In this document: positions 18,305 through 28,019 of the stretch, piece by piece | Layout: each line of letters starts with the position of its first letter | Numbering within the stretch: the first letter of the stretch is position 1 | Assembly (NCBI GenBank): GCA_030603395.1 | Contig: JAUVXX010000002.1 | Span: 15,807-79,806, forward strand | Length of the DNA stretch: 64,000 bases | Reading direction: 5' to 3' | Source of the DNA: a bacterium | GTDB taxonomy: Bacteria; Patescibacteriota; Minisyncoccia; Minisyncoccales; CG1-02-41-26 | The notes under the pieces: model-generated | Databases searched by the model: none | What the model was told of the DNA's origin: nothing | Seen by the model: the letters and a program-made list of their open reading frames with translations, nothing else | Position numbers and translations under genes: made by a program

Positions 18305-19413
18305 AAATTGTTTTTACCGGCGGCGGAACGGCAGGCCACACCTTTCCCTTAGTGGCTGTCGCAAGAGAAATTAAAAAAATCTACAGAAAAGAAGACCTCG
18401 AGTTGTTTTACCTTGGCCCTAAAGACAAATACAGCTTAACCCTACTCAGAGAAGAAGGGGTTATCATAAAAACAATATTGGCCGGGAAGCTAAGGAGATA
18501 TTTCTCCTTTAAAAATTTCTTGGATATTCTTAAAATTCCTCTGGGAATTCTGCAGGCTTTCTTCTGGCTCTTTTTTGCCGCTCCCGACCTTATTTTCAGC
18601 AAAGGGGGCTATGGCTCTTTCCCTACGGTGATGGCAGGTCGCATCTTACATATTCCCATCTTCTTACATACTTCAGATATCACACCGGGATTAGCCGCCA
18701 GAATGGAAAGCAAATATGCCTTGGAAATTTTCACCTCTTTTGAGGAGACCGAATTTTTCCCCAAAGAGAAAATAATTTGTACCGGGAATCCTATTCGTGA
18801 AGAAATTCTGAAGGGGTCTCTACAAGAAGCCAGGAAAATCTTTGAGTTGCAGGGAGGGAAACGGATAATTCTGATTCTGGGTGGCTCTCAGGGAGCCAAA
18901 AACATCAATGAAATAATTCTTGAAATTTTACCGGAGCTACTTGCCAATTTTGAAATAATCCATCAAACTGGCTCCAAAACCTTCACCCGGGTAAGGGCCG
19001 AAGCAGCAGCTATGATAAGGGAAGAAAGTTTGAAAAAATATTATCATCCTCTTCCTTTCTTAAATGAAAAATACCTAAAGAACGCTCTTGCTTGTTGCGA
19101 TTTGGTAGTTTCGAGGGGGGGAGCGGGAGGTATTTTTGAGATTGCTGGAGCCAAAAAACCATCTCTGTTAATTCCCTTGCCAACTTCAGCCCAAAATCAT
19201 CAGTTAAAAAATGCTTATGCCTATTCTCGAGCCGGAGCAGCTGAAGTTATTGAGGAGAAAAATTTGAAACCACATTTCTTTTTAGAGAGATTGAAACACT
19301 TGTTTTCCCGTCCCGACCTGCTCAGCAAAATGTCTGTTAGTGCTGAGAGTTTCGCTCGACCCAAGGCAGCCCAAATAATTGCCTCATACATTTTAGAATA
19401 TCTCGGTCAATAA
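18301..19413 (+). CDS. murG: Lipid II N-acetylglucosaminyltransferase
   Basis: TGGGTAGH, KGGY, TGNPIR, GGSQGA, HQLKNA. Confidence 0.95.
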   Translation: MKIVFTGGGTAGHTFPLVAVAREIKKIYRKEDLELFYLGPKDKYSLTLLREEGVIIKTILAGKLRRYFSFKNFLDILKIPLGILQAFFWLFFAAPDLIFSKGGYGSFPTVMAGRILHIPIFLHTSDITPGLAARMESKYALEIFTSFEETEFFPKEKIICTGNPIREEILKGSLQEARKIFELQGGKRIILILGGSQGAKNINEIILEILPELLANFEIIHQTGSKTFTRVRAEAAAMIREESLKKYYHPLPFLNEKYLKNALACCDLVVSRGGAGGIFEIAGAKKPSLLIPLPTSAQNHQLKNAYAYSRAGAAEVIEEKNLKPHFFLERLKHLFSRPDLLSKMSVSAESFARPKAAQIIASYILEYLGQ

Positions 19414-19414
19414 A

Positions 19415-20974
19415 ATGATTGACGATTTAAAATTAATAAGGCCCGGAGAAGTTAGGGTAAGGGTAGCTCCTTCACCAACGGGTCCGTTGCACATTGGGGT
19501 GACCAGAACCGCTCTCTTTAACTATCTTTTTGCTAAAAAATATCAAGGCAGCTTCATCTTGAGAATTGAAGATACCGACGTTGAGAGGTCAAAAAAAGAA
19601 TGGGAAGAAGATGTTATTGAAGGTCTAAAATGGTTAGGCATAGAATGGCAGGAAGGTCCTGATATAGGGGGCCAATATGGACCTTATCGACAGTCGGGTC
19701 GTGGAGAGATTTATCAAAAATATATCCAAAAACTCCTGGATGAAAAGAAGATATATTATTGTTTTTGCTCTAAAGAAGAATTGGAGGCCCATCGAAATTA
19801 TCAGATGAGTATCGGAGAACCACCACGTTATTCTGGAAAATGCCGAGACCTCTCCCCAAAAGACCTTAAAAAGAATTTGGACGCCAAAAAGTCCTTTGTC
19901 TTGAGATTTAAAACTCCTTTCAGGAAAGTTGGTTTCTTAGATATGCTGCGGGGTAAAATAGAAGTTGAAACAGATGCCTTCGGAGATATGACGGTGGCCA
20001 AAGATTTAACTACCCCTTTGTATAATTTAGCCTGTATCATTGATGATTTTGAAATGAAAATAACTCATGTCATCCGGGGAGAAGACCATATTCCCAATAC
20101 CCCCAAACAGATTTTACTGGCTGAAGCTTTAGGTATAGAGCCCCCTAAATACCTTCATTTGCCCTTAATTTTGGGTCTAAACAAAGCAAAATTAAGCAAG
20201 AGACACGAAGCTCGTTCAGTTTTAGAATATAAAGAAGAGGGATATTTACCCGAAGCCATAGTGAATTTTTTGGCGCTTTTGGGCTGGAATCCCGGCACCC
20301 CCCGAGAAATTTTCTCAATGAACTCTTTAATTCAGGAGTTTTCAATTGAAGGACTCCAGAGCGGGGGAGCGATGCTTAATCCCCAAAAGTTAACCTGGAT
20401 AAACGCTTTTTATATTCGCCAAAAATCTCCCGAAAAATTAACCGAACTCTGTCTGCCTTACTTAATAGAGTCGGGGTTGGTTGAACCTTTTTTCGGTCAA
20501 GAAAAATATCCACCGGCTTACGGAGGAGAGCTTATCACTCAACAATTTAAGATTAAAGAAACCGCAGAGGAAATTTCCTTTAATTTTCTTAAAAAGGTCG
20601 TCGGTTTATATCAAGAAAGACTGAGGAAACTTTCAGAGATTGTTGAGTTGACCGATTTCTTTTTTAAAAAGGAATTGGCTTATCCCAAAGAACTTTTGAA
20701 ATGGCAGGAATATTCTTGCAAAGAAATCAAAGAAACACTTGACAGATTAAAGAAAATATTGGCTCGCCCGAAACCAATTGAATGGATAAAAGAGAACTTA
20801 GAGAGAATTTTAATGTCAGAGGCAGAGAAAATAGGGGATAGAGGAAAACTATTGTGGCCCCTGAGAGTGGCTTTGACTGGCAAGAAGGCTTCGGCTGGAC
20901 CTTTTGAAATTGCTGAAATCCTGGGAAAAGAGAAGACCCTAGCAAGAATTAAGGAAGCACGTAAGAAATTGTAA
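19415..20974 (+). CDS. gltX: Glutamate--tRNA ligase
   Basis: APSPTGPLHIG, LRIEDTD, RGEDH, KLSKR. Confidence 0.97.
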   Translation: MIDDLKLIRPGEVRVRVAPSPTGPLHIGVTRTALFNYLFAKKYQGSFILRIEDTDVERSKKEWEEDVIEGLKWLGIEWQEGPDIGGQYGPYRQSGRGEIYQKYIQKLLDEKKIYYCFCSKEELEAHRNYQMSIGEPPRYSGKCRDLSPKDLKKNLDAKKSFVLRFKTPFRKVGFLDMLRGKIEVETDAFGDMTVAKDLTTPLYNLACIIDDFEMKITHVIRGEDHIPNTPKQILLAEALGIEPPKYLHLPLILGLNKAKLSKRHEARSVLEYKEEGYLPEAIVNFLALLGWNPGTPREIFSMNSLIQEFSIEGLQSGGAMLNPQKLTWINAFYIRQKSPEKLTELCLPYLIESGLVEPFFGQEKYPPAYGGELITQQFKIKETAEEISFNFLKKVVGLYQERLRKLSEIVELTDFFFKKELAYPKELLKWQEYSCKEIKETLDRLKKILARPKPIEWIKENLERILMSEAEKIGDRGKLLWPLRVALTGKKASAGPFEIAEILGKEKTLARIKEARKKL

Positions 20975-20987
20975 ATTTTAAATTTTT

Positions 20988-21347
20988 ATGAAAAAATATT
21001 TATTAATATTTCTTATTTCTCTAATTTGTCTTAGCTCTCTGAGCCCGGTTTTTGCTCAAATTTCTCTTGAGCAAATCCCTTTGGGCGAAGAGGAAAAAAC
21101 AATAGTTAAGCAGGGAGTAGAAACCTTAAAAAAGACCCTGAGGGGAGTCCTGGTGGTCTGGAAAGAAGCCCATCAACGAGTGATGGAATACTGGAGAGAG
21201 AACATTCTACCGAGATTTCAACAATGGTTTGAAGAGAAAAAACCAATTATTAAAAAAGAATTCGAAAAAGAGAAAGAAGAATTAAAAAAGGGGTTAAGTA
21301 AAACTTTTTCTAAATTCTGGAGATGGGTCAAAGATCTCTTTAAATAG
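20988..21347 (+). CDS. Hypothetical exported helical protein
   Basis: Signal peptide ending VFA-Q; amphipathic Lys/Glu/Trp-rich helices. Confidence 0.75.
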   Translation: MKKYLLIFLISLICLSSLSPVFAQISLEQIPLGEEEKTIVKQGVETLKKTLRGVLVVWKEAHQRVMEYWRENILPRFQQWFEEKKPIIKKEFEKEKEELKKGLSKTFSKFWRWVKDLFK

Positions 21348-21367
21348 AGCTATCTATAGCAGGGGAC

Positions 21368-21397
21368 TTGACAAAGGGTCTTGTATATTAATATAAT
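21368..21397 (+). promoter_or_regulatory. Sigma70 promoter of the recombinase gene
   Basis: TTGACA (21368-21373), 18 nt, TATAAT (21392-21397). Confidence 0.7.
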
Positions 21398-21400
21398 GGA

Positions 21401-21428
21401 AGTAAGTATAATAACCCTTACACTTATT
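21401..21428. other. dif-like recombination site (11-6-11)
   Basis: AGTAAGTATAA-TAACCC-TTACACTTATT; arms match as an inverted repeat at 9 of 11 positions, with TAA/TTA inner edges, 47 nt before the xer ATG. Confidence 0.65.
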
Positions 21429-21475
21429 CATATATCATCCACTAGACGATATTCCTTTTAATAGGGCTCAAGCCC

Positions 21476-22429
21476 ATGAAAAATAAAAATATACAACTTC
21501 TTCCCTATTTAGATGATTTTCTTTTGAGTTTGCAATCAAATAATTACTCTCAGGAAACAATTTATAATTATGAAAGAGATTTAGAAGTGTTTCAAAACTT
21601 TTTGGAAGAAGTAGATACGGAATTTGATGATATAAATAAGAAAACTATTCTAAATTATAAGGCTTATTTAACCTCTCAGGACCGAAAAACACCAATTCTT
21701 GAGGTAGGAGAGAAAAAACTTAGTAGTTTCTCTATAAATAGAATGTTGTCTTCCCTTCGTTCGTATTTAAAATTTTTAATAGATATGGATTATAAAAGTC
21801 CGATTTCCCCAGATATGGTGAAATTAGTAAAAACCGAGCGGAAAAATCTTCGGGTTTCTGAGTTTGAAGAAATAGTAAAGATAATTGAATCTCCTATGCA
21901 ATTTGAAAAGAATGAGAAAGTTGCCTTAAGGAACCGTGCGATGTTTGAGATGTTATTCTCTACCGGTATGAGAATTTCTGAGCTGGTAAATTTAAAAAAG
22001 AGTCAAATTGATAAAACTGGACGAATTTTTATCATAGGTAAAGGGAAAAAAGAAAGGTTTGTTTATTTGACTCCAAGAGCTAAGAAGCATTTAAAAAATT
22101 ATTTGGAAATACGTGGAGACATAGATTCTCCTTATGTATTCATTCCTTATCGAGGAAAAAATGTTCACATTAAAGACAAAAAAATCTCCTGCACTTATTT
22201 ACAGAGAAAAATAAAAAAATATCGAGAATTAATAGGAATCAACTTACCTCTCTCTTGTCATTCAATTAGGCATGCGTTCGCCACCTATTTAGCAGAAAGT
22301 GGGGCAAATCCAGCAGCGATTCAAATTCTTTTAGGTCATGAATCTCTGGATACCACTACCCGATACGTTCACGTTTCCGATCGTTACGCTGAAAGAATGC
22401 ATCGGAAATATCATCCGTTAAAAGAATGA
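21476..22429 (+). CDS. Xer-family tyrosine recombinase
   Basis: SAM-like N-terminus, TGMRISEL, GKGKKER, HSIRHAFAT, LLGH, TTRY (catalytic R-K-H-R-H-Y). Confidence 0.93.
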   Translation: MKNKNIQLLPYLDDFLLSLQSNNYSQETIYNYERDLEVFQNFLEEVDTEFDDINKKTILNYKAYLTSQDRKTPILEVGEKKLSSFSINRMLSSLRSYLKFLIDMDYKSPISPDMVKLVKTERKNLRVSEFEEIVKIIESPMQFEKNEKVALRNRAMFEMLFSTGMRISELVNLKKSQIDKTGRIFIIGKGKKERFVYLTPRAKKHLKNYLEIRGDIDSPYVFIPYRGKNVHIKDKKISCTYLQRKIKKYRELIGINLPLSCHSIRHAFATYLAESGANPAAIQILLGHESLDTTTRYVHVSDRYAERMHRKYHPLKE

Positions 22430-22607
22430 TATAATTCTATTCCCCTGTATTCTCAATTTCTAAAGGGGGTTTTTGAAGATAAAATTGGGTCAGCATGCCG
22501 GCCCCAAAAGCTAATAGACACAAAAGGAAAATTATTAAAAACAAAAGGATATCATTTGAATGACTCTTGAAAAAATTCTTAATATCTGATAGCATAGTAA
22601 TACCACT

Positions 22608-22880
22608 ATGGCGAAGACAAAATCAAAAGGATCTACCAGGTTGGGCAGAGATTCCCGACCAAAATATTTAGGAGTTAAGATTTACCAGGGTCAAAAAGTG
22701 AAACCTGGAATGATTATAATCCGCCAGCGAGGCACCAAGTTTTTGCCTGGCAAAAATGTTGGCTATGGCAGAGATTATACTCTTTTTGCCCTAAAACCGG
22801 GCGTTGTCAAGTTTAAAACAAAAAGAAAAAAGGGATTTGATAATTCTCAAAGAATTGTTAAAATTGTTGAAGTGAGCTAA
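22608..22880 (+). CDS. rpmA: 50S ribosomal protein L27
   Basis: [29 protein letters not shown]. Confidence 0.97.
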   Translation: MAKTKSKGSTRLGRDSRPKYLGVKIYQGQKVKPGMIIIRQRGTKFLPGKNVGYGRDYTLFALKPGVVKFKTKRKKGFDNSQRIVKIVEVS

Positions 22881-24476
22881 TCACTTCAAGCAGGTTTTAA
22901 TAAATTCTTTGAACAATGGATGAGGCCTTAAGGGCCTCGATTTAAATTCTGGGTGGAATTGAGTGGCCACAAAGAAAGGATGGTTAGGAATTTCCACAAT
23001 TTCCACTAAATCTCTTTCGGGATTTATGCCAGCCATGAGCATGCCTTTCTTCTCCAAGACATCCCTGAATTCGTTATTGAGTTCATAGCGGTGGCGATGA
23101 CGCTCAGAAACAAGAGGAGAACCGTAGACCTGGCGACTCCGTGTACCAGGAGTTAATTTACATTGATAAGCTCCCAATCTCATTGTTCCTTTCCGATCTG
23201 CCATAACATCAATTACCGGTACTTGACAATTCGGGACAAATTCAGTAGAATTTGCTCTTTTTAATTTACAAACATTTCTGGCAAATTCAACTACTGCCAA
23301 CTGCATTCCAAGACAAAGTCCCAGAAAAGGAATTTTATTTTTTCTACAATATTCAATGGCTTTTATTTTTCCTTCCACTCCCCTACCGCCTCTCTCAGAA
23401 TTATTGGGAATAATAACACCATCAAACTTTTTCAAGTTTTTGAGCAGACTTAAATCTCTCTCATAGCTTCTGGCTTCCAACCAATGAATCTCAGGTATCC
23501 TCTTAAAAGACCAAGCAGCATGCTTGATGGCTTCAATCATTGAGATATAACAGTCAGTCAGGGCGGTTGCTTTTGAGTCGATATTTTTCTCAATGGCAGC
23601 AATTTTAACAGTCTCTTTTGCGTTTTTTATTATCGTGACCAGCTTTTTCCAATCTTTCAGATTATTTTTTCGGGAACGTAAACCAAATTTTTCTAAAATG
23701 CGATTGCCTAAATTATCCTTTTCAAAGTTAAGCGGCACCTCATAAATTGATTCAATGTCTGGGGCAGAAATGACATTTTTCTCGTCAATATTGCAAAAAA
23801 TAGAGATTTTCTTTTTCCTTGGAGGATCTAATGGCACCTGAGCGCGAGCTATGATAATATCGGGCTGAATTCCAGCCATGTTCAAAGACCTGACCGCGTG
23901 CTGGGTGGGTTTGGTTTTCATCTCCCCAATCATCTTGGGAATTGGTAAATAACTTACCAAAACAAAAACGACATCTTGGGGATGTCGGAGTTTGAGCATA
24001 CGAGCTGCTTCCAGAAACAAAAGATTTTGATACTCCCCTACCGTACCCCCAATCTCAATCAAAACAAAATCTGCTTTTGTTTTCCTTTGGGCTTTTTTGA
24101 TTCTCCGGATTACCTCCTCTGGTATATGAGGAACAACTTCTACGCATTTTCCGCCGTAGCCAAGATTTCTTTCACGATTAATCACTGCCTGATAAACTCG
24201 GCCTGTGGTCATATAGTTATCTCGGCAAAGATTCTCACCTAAAAATCTTTCATAATTTCCCATGTCCTGGTCGCATTGATCGCCATCTTCAGTAACAAAA
24301 GCTTCTCCATGGATTGACAAATCCATGGTTCCAGCATCAATATTGATATAGGGGTCAATTTTTAAAGCAGTCACCAAAAATCCCTTGCCTTGGAGAATCT
24401 TGCCGATAGAAGCGCAGGAAACCCCTTTGCCAATACCACTCATCACTCCACCAGCAATAAAAATGTACTTTGCCAT
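22881..24476 (-). CDS. pyrG: CTP synthase with divergent motifs
   Basis: GGVMSGIGKG, KIDPYIN, EIGGTVG, KTKPTQ, GLCLGMQ, ERHRHRYE, QFHPEF. Confidence 0.95.
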   Translation of the reverse strand: MAKYIFIAGGVMSGIGKGVSCASIGKILQGKGFLVTALKIDPYINIDAGTMDLSIHGEAFVTEDGDQCDQDMGNYERFLGENLCRDNYMTTGRVYQAVINRERNLGYGGKCVEVVPHIPEEVIRRIKKAQRKTKADFVLIEIGGTVGEYQNLLFLEAARMLKLRHPQDVVFVLVSYLPIPKMIGEMKTKPTQHAVRSLNMAGIQPDIIIARAQVPLDPPRKKKISIFCNIDEKNVISAPDIESIYEVPLNFEKDNLGNRILEKFGLRSRKNNLKDWKKLVTIIKNAKETVKIAAIEKNIDSKATALTDCYISMIEAIKHAAWSFKRIPEIHWLEARSYERDLSLLKNLKKFDGVIIPNNSERGGRGVEGKIKAIEYCRKNKIPFLGLCLGMQLAVVEFARNVCKLKRANSTEFVPNCQVPVIDVMADRKGTMRLGAYQCKLTPGTRSRQVYGSPLVSERHRHRYELNNEFRDVLEKKGMLMAGINPERDLVEIVEIPNHPFFVATQFHPEFKSRPLRPHPLFKEFIKTCLK

Positions 24477-24479
24477 AAC

Positions 24480-24929
24480 TCACTTCTTCTCTTCCACCAC
24501 GATTACTTTTATTTGAGTTTCTAAATTATGCTCAAATTTAATTTTTACCTCAAACTCACCCAGTTCCGTTATCTCCTGAGCGAGCTCTATTTGACTTTTC
24601 TTAATCTCATAGCCCAATCCTTTCAGGTGAGTAGCAATTTTTTGGGCAGTTACTTTCTCAAAGAGCTGTTCTTTCTCACCCAGTTTAACCGGGATTTCCA
24701 CCTCAAGTTCATCCATTTTAGAAGCCAAGCTGCCAACTTTCTCTAATTCTTCTTCAGCTTTTTTCTCCGCCACTTCCCGCTGTTTTTCTACCCAGGCTAA
24801 AGTTTTCTCGTCAGCTATTTTGGCTAAACCTTGAGGAATGAGAAAATTACGGGCATAGCCTGCCTTAACGGTTTTAACTTCGTATTTCCTGCCAATTTTC
24901 TCAACATCTTTTAATAAAATAACTTTCAT
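24480..24929 (-). CDS. rplI: 50S ribosomal protein L9
   Basis: [11 protein letters not shown]...[16 protein letters not shown]. Confidence 0.97.
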   Translation of the reverse strand: MKVILLKDVEKIGRKYEVKTVKAGYARNFLIPQGLAKIADEKTLAWVEKQREVAEKKAEEELEKVGSLASKMDELEVEIPVKLGEKEQLFEKVTAQKIATHLKGLGYEIKKSQIELAQEITELGEFEVKIKFEHNLETQIKVIVVEEKK

Positions 24930-24949
24930 ATTCTATATAATGTATTCTT

Positions 24950-26155
24950 TCACAAATCCTTTATTATTTCAATCGCTTTCTTTAATTGAGGGTCACGATC
25001 TTCCTCCCAATCTTCATCAGTCATCTCAACTTCTACGTCTGGAGTCAATCCTGCCTCATCAATTGAGGTGCCATTGGGAGTCAGCCAATTAGCAATGGTA
25101 ATTTTCATAGAAGAATTGTCCGACAAAAACACCTGCTCTTGGACCGAACCCTTGCCAAAAGATTTCTTGCCAATTAATTGGACTTGCCTGTTGTCCCTTA
25201 AAGCCCCTGCTAAAATCTCAGCCCCCGAAGCTGACCCCTCATTTATCAAAACTACTGTTGGGTATTGGGAAAACCTGGCAGGACCTTTTGATTTGTAAAC
25301 CTCCCTCTCTTTGCCTTCTCCAGAATCTTGCCAGACGACTACCTCGCCTTTCTCTAAAAACCAGCCAGCAATCTTCTGAGCTACCTCCAAATAGCCCCCG
25401 GGGTTGTTTCTTAAATCTAAAATTATTTTCTGGGCTGGTGAATTTAGAATTTCAATTGACTCCTTCTCAAATTCAGAAGACAAGATTTTGTTAAACTGAT
25501 AAATTTCTATTAAAGCGATGTTGTCTTCTTTTAATTCCCACTTCAAGGTAGGTATTTTTATAACTTCTCTTTTTATCTCAAACTCTTGGGGGTCTTGCCA
25601 TCCTTCTCTCTGGATTAAAAGTTTAACCTTAGTGTCCTTAGGGCCTCTTATCAATTTTACTGCTTCCTCGATTGAGATGTCTCTGGTAAAAGTTCCGTCA
25701 ATTTTAAAAATTTTATCTCCAGATCTTATGCCTGAACTTTGAGCCGGTCTTTCTACAAGTGGTGAAATGACAGTCAATTCATCTTTTTTAATGTCAATCA
25801 TCATGCCCACTCCCTGATACTCCCCCGAAAGCTCTTCCTCAAATTCTTCTGCCTCTTGAGGATTAAAAAAGGTAGTGTAAGGGTCTTCTAAGGTAGCAAG
25901 CATTCCCCTGATTGCCCCATAAACCATGCCCTGGTAGTCAATTTTTTCCTTCTTCAGAAAATCACTCTCCATTTTTCTCCAGACCTCCCAAAAAATGGCA
26001 AAATTAACTTTCTCTGGAGCCCCCTCTCCCTCAATTATCATATCGGGAGGCGTACCAAGTATTCTTTCCTTTTCCACAAAAACTCCCACCCGGAAACTTA
26101 CCAAGGCAACCCCCAAAATAACCAAGATTAAAACTATTCTTTTAACCCATCTCAT
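24950..26155 (-). CDS. ctpA: C-terminal processing peptidase (S41, PDZ); start reassigned to ATG 26155
   Basis: LDLRNNPGG, SASGAEILAGAL, GKGSVQ; TTGAAA-17-TATGAT ends 6 nt before ATG 26155. Confidence 0.9.
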   Translation of the reverse strand: MRWVKRIVLILVILGVALVSFRVGVFVEKERILGTPPDMIIEGEGAPEKVNFAIFWEVWRKMESDFLKKEKIDYQGMVYGAIRGMLATLEDPYTTFFNPQEAEEFEEELSGEYQGVGMMIDIKKDELTVISPLVERPAQSSGIRSGDKIFKIDGTFTRDISIEEAVKLIRGPKDTKVKLLIQREGWQDPQEFEIKREVIKIPTLKWELKEDNIALIEIYQFNKILSSEFEKESIEILNSPAQKIILDLRNNPGGYLEVAQKIAGWFLEKGEVVVWQDSGEGKEREVYKSKGPARFSQYPTVVLINEGSASGAEILAGALRDNRQVQLIGKKSFGKGSVQEQVFLSDNSSMKITIANWLTPNGTSIDEAGLTPDVEVEMTDEDWEEDRDPQLKKAIEIIKDL

Positions 26156-26236
26156 TACTATATCATAGACCAATTTATTTTTTATTTCAATCAAATTCTA
26201 CAATAATTCCTTAGATTATTCTATCTAAAACAAAGA

Positions 26237-26261
26237 GCCGCCTCTTTAACTTTGAGGCGGC
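26237..26261 (-). terminator. Hairpin terminator downstream of the ORFan
   Basis: GCCGCCTC...GAGGCGGC inverted repeat. Confidence 0.7.
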
Positions 26262-26282
26262 CAATTGCTATTCTAATTCAAA

Positions 26283-26759
26283 CTATCTTGAGAGAAACTC
26301 TTTTGCCTTCCTGGAAATACAATCTTGAAGCATTTTCTCATCTCCGGGATATTTACCTTTAAGGCCTTTCCTTAGGTAGGTCTTCCATGCTTGCAGGAAG
26401 ATAGACCTTTGCCATTCGGGAAGTAGATTTTTCTTTTTTGTCTCCATCCCGGGATGGTTCTTCTTCCACTCCTGAAAGGCCTCTTTGACGATCTTTTCAA
26501 TATGATCCTCGATTATTTTTTTTCTTTCCTCTGGAGAAAGAGACATATCAAGAGTTCTTGGTTCTTCTAACTCCTGCTCAAAGCCAACCTTTCCTTCCTC
26601 CTGCTTTTTTTGCTTTATGAAATCCGAGCATTCGGCAAGGGAGCCCTTACATAGGGCGCGACGACCACTCCCTTGACTAATCCCATATTCATCTCGACCT
26701 ATTTTACATAGGTCGAAAATCCTATTACCTATAGCATAAGACCTAATCCATTTCCGCAT
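26283..26759 (-). CDS. Hypothetical protein (ORFan-like)
   Basis: 158-aa ORF with upstream AGGAGG, its own promoter and a terminator. Confidence 0.7.
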   Translation of the reverse strand: MRKWIRSYAIGNRIFDLCKIGRDEYGISQGSGRRALCKGSLAECSDFIKQKKQEEGKVGFEQELEEPRTLDMSLSPEERKKIIEDHIEKIVKEAFQEWKKNHPGMETKKKNLLPEWQRSIFLQAWKTYLRKGLKGKYPGDEKMLQDCISRKAKEFLSR

Positions 26760-26866
26760 TGGATTCCTCCTTGTTTTTAAGGTAATTTAAACCAAATACT
26801 TTGATTTGGTTTAGTAAAACTATCTTAAAACAAACCCCGGAAAAAAGCAAGTGGAGATAAAAAAAG

Positions 26867-26937
26867 TGCCCCCAGAAGGAATCGAACTTTCATCAATTGC
26901 TTAAAAGGCAACTGCTTTACCATTAAGCTATGGGGGC
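26867..26937 (-). tRNA. tRNA-Lys(UUU)
   Basis: Cloverleaf with GCCCCCA/TGGGGGC acceptor stem, anticodon loop CT-TTT-AA, TTCGA T-loop; one T-stem mismatch; no encoded CCA. Confidence 0.92.
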
Positions 26938-26939
26938 AT

Positions 26940-28019
26940 TTATAAACCTTGTTCTTTTAGTTTTTCTAAAAGTTCTTTTTGTTTTTTGGTTAATTTCTTG
27001 GGTGTTTTAATCACCAACTTAATATACAAATTACCTCTGCCGAAGCCGGAAAAATGAGGTATTCCTTTGCCAGAGATTCTAAAAATCTTACCGGATTCAA
27101 TGCCAGAAGATACTTTCAATAGAATTTTCTTACCTTCCAGGGTTGGTACTTCAACCTCGTCTCCTAAAGCGACTTGGGTGAAAGAAACAGGCAAAGCCAG
27201 AAATAAATCATCACCTTTTCTTTCAAATACAGAATGGGGTTTAATGAAAATTTTAACGTATAAATCACCGTTCTTTGCTCCTCTTCTACCAGCTTCACCT
27301 TCTCCCGCAATTTTCATTATTTGGCCAGTGTCCACTCCCGAGGGAACATAAACTGCTACATCTTGGTAATCATCAATTCTTCCCTCTCCCTTACAAACAT
27401 TACAGGGACGCTCTGGAATCTTTCCCTGGCCTTTACATTCGGGGCATAAAACATAGCGAGTGATAGTCCCCAGAAGAGTTTTTTTCATCTGCTGGACCTG
27501 ACCGGTTCCCCGGCAACTGAAACATTCTTTTACTTGAGAACCAGGCTCTGCTCCCGAGCCCTGGCATCTTTGGCAAGTTATTTTTTTGCCAAGATTGATA
27601 TTTCTTTTCACTCCTTTTAAGGTATCTTTCAGGTCTATCTCAAGTTCAATCTCAATGTTTTTTCCTTGGTTGATATCTTTTCTCCTCTTGCTAGTTCTCG
27701 TAAAGCCGAGGAAGTCCTCAAAAATGTCTTCAAAGTCTATTCCCAAATCAAAATCCTCTCCCCTGACATTACCCCAAAAAACTCCCGGGTCAAATCCTCC
27801 CTGGGCTCCTGCTCCTTCAAAGGCTTGACCAAACCTGTCATACTGGGTCTTTTTTTCAGGATTACCTAAAACCTGGTAGGCCTCGCTTATCTCTTTGAAT
27901 TTCTCTCCATCTCCGCCTTTGTCCGGATGATATTTATGAGCTAATCTCCGGTAGGCCCTCTTGATTTCATCTTGAGAGGCTTCTCGAGAGATGCCCAAAA
28001 CTTGATAATAATCTCTCAT
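26940..28019 (-). CDS. dnaJ: Chaperone DnaJ
   Basis: HPD J-domain, G/F region, four CxxCxGxG repeats. Confidence 0.98.
   Translation of the reverse strand: MRDYYQVLGISREASQDEIKRAYRRLAHKYHPDKGGDGEKFKEISEAYQVLGNPEKKTQYDRFGQAFEGAGAQGGFDPGVFWGNVRGEDFDLGIDFEDIFEDFLGFTRTSKRRKDINQGKNIEIELEIDLKDTLKGVKRNINLGKKITCQRCQGSGAEPGSQVKECFSCRGTGQVQQMKKTLLGTITRYVLCPECKGQGKIPERPCNVCKGEGRIDDYQDVAVYVPSGVDTGQIMKIAGEGEAGRRGAKNGDLYVKIFIKPHSVFERKGDDLFLALPVSFTQVALGDEVEVPTLEGKKILLKVSSGIESGKIFRISGKGIPHFSGFGRGNLYIKLVIKTPKKLTKKQKELLEKLKEQGL

Noticed and set aside
20500..20530. Possible repeat-derived inserts in gltX (YPPAYGG) and fmt (GGIPSGTPT)
   Set aside because: No clear palindrome or second copy in the window, so they cannot be told apart from ordinary loop variation
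21476..22429. Tyrosine recombinase as a prophage or island integrase
   Set aside because: No arm-binding extension, no phage or cargo genes, no adjacent tRNA or att duplication; it is flanked by core genes
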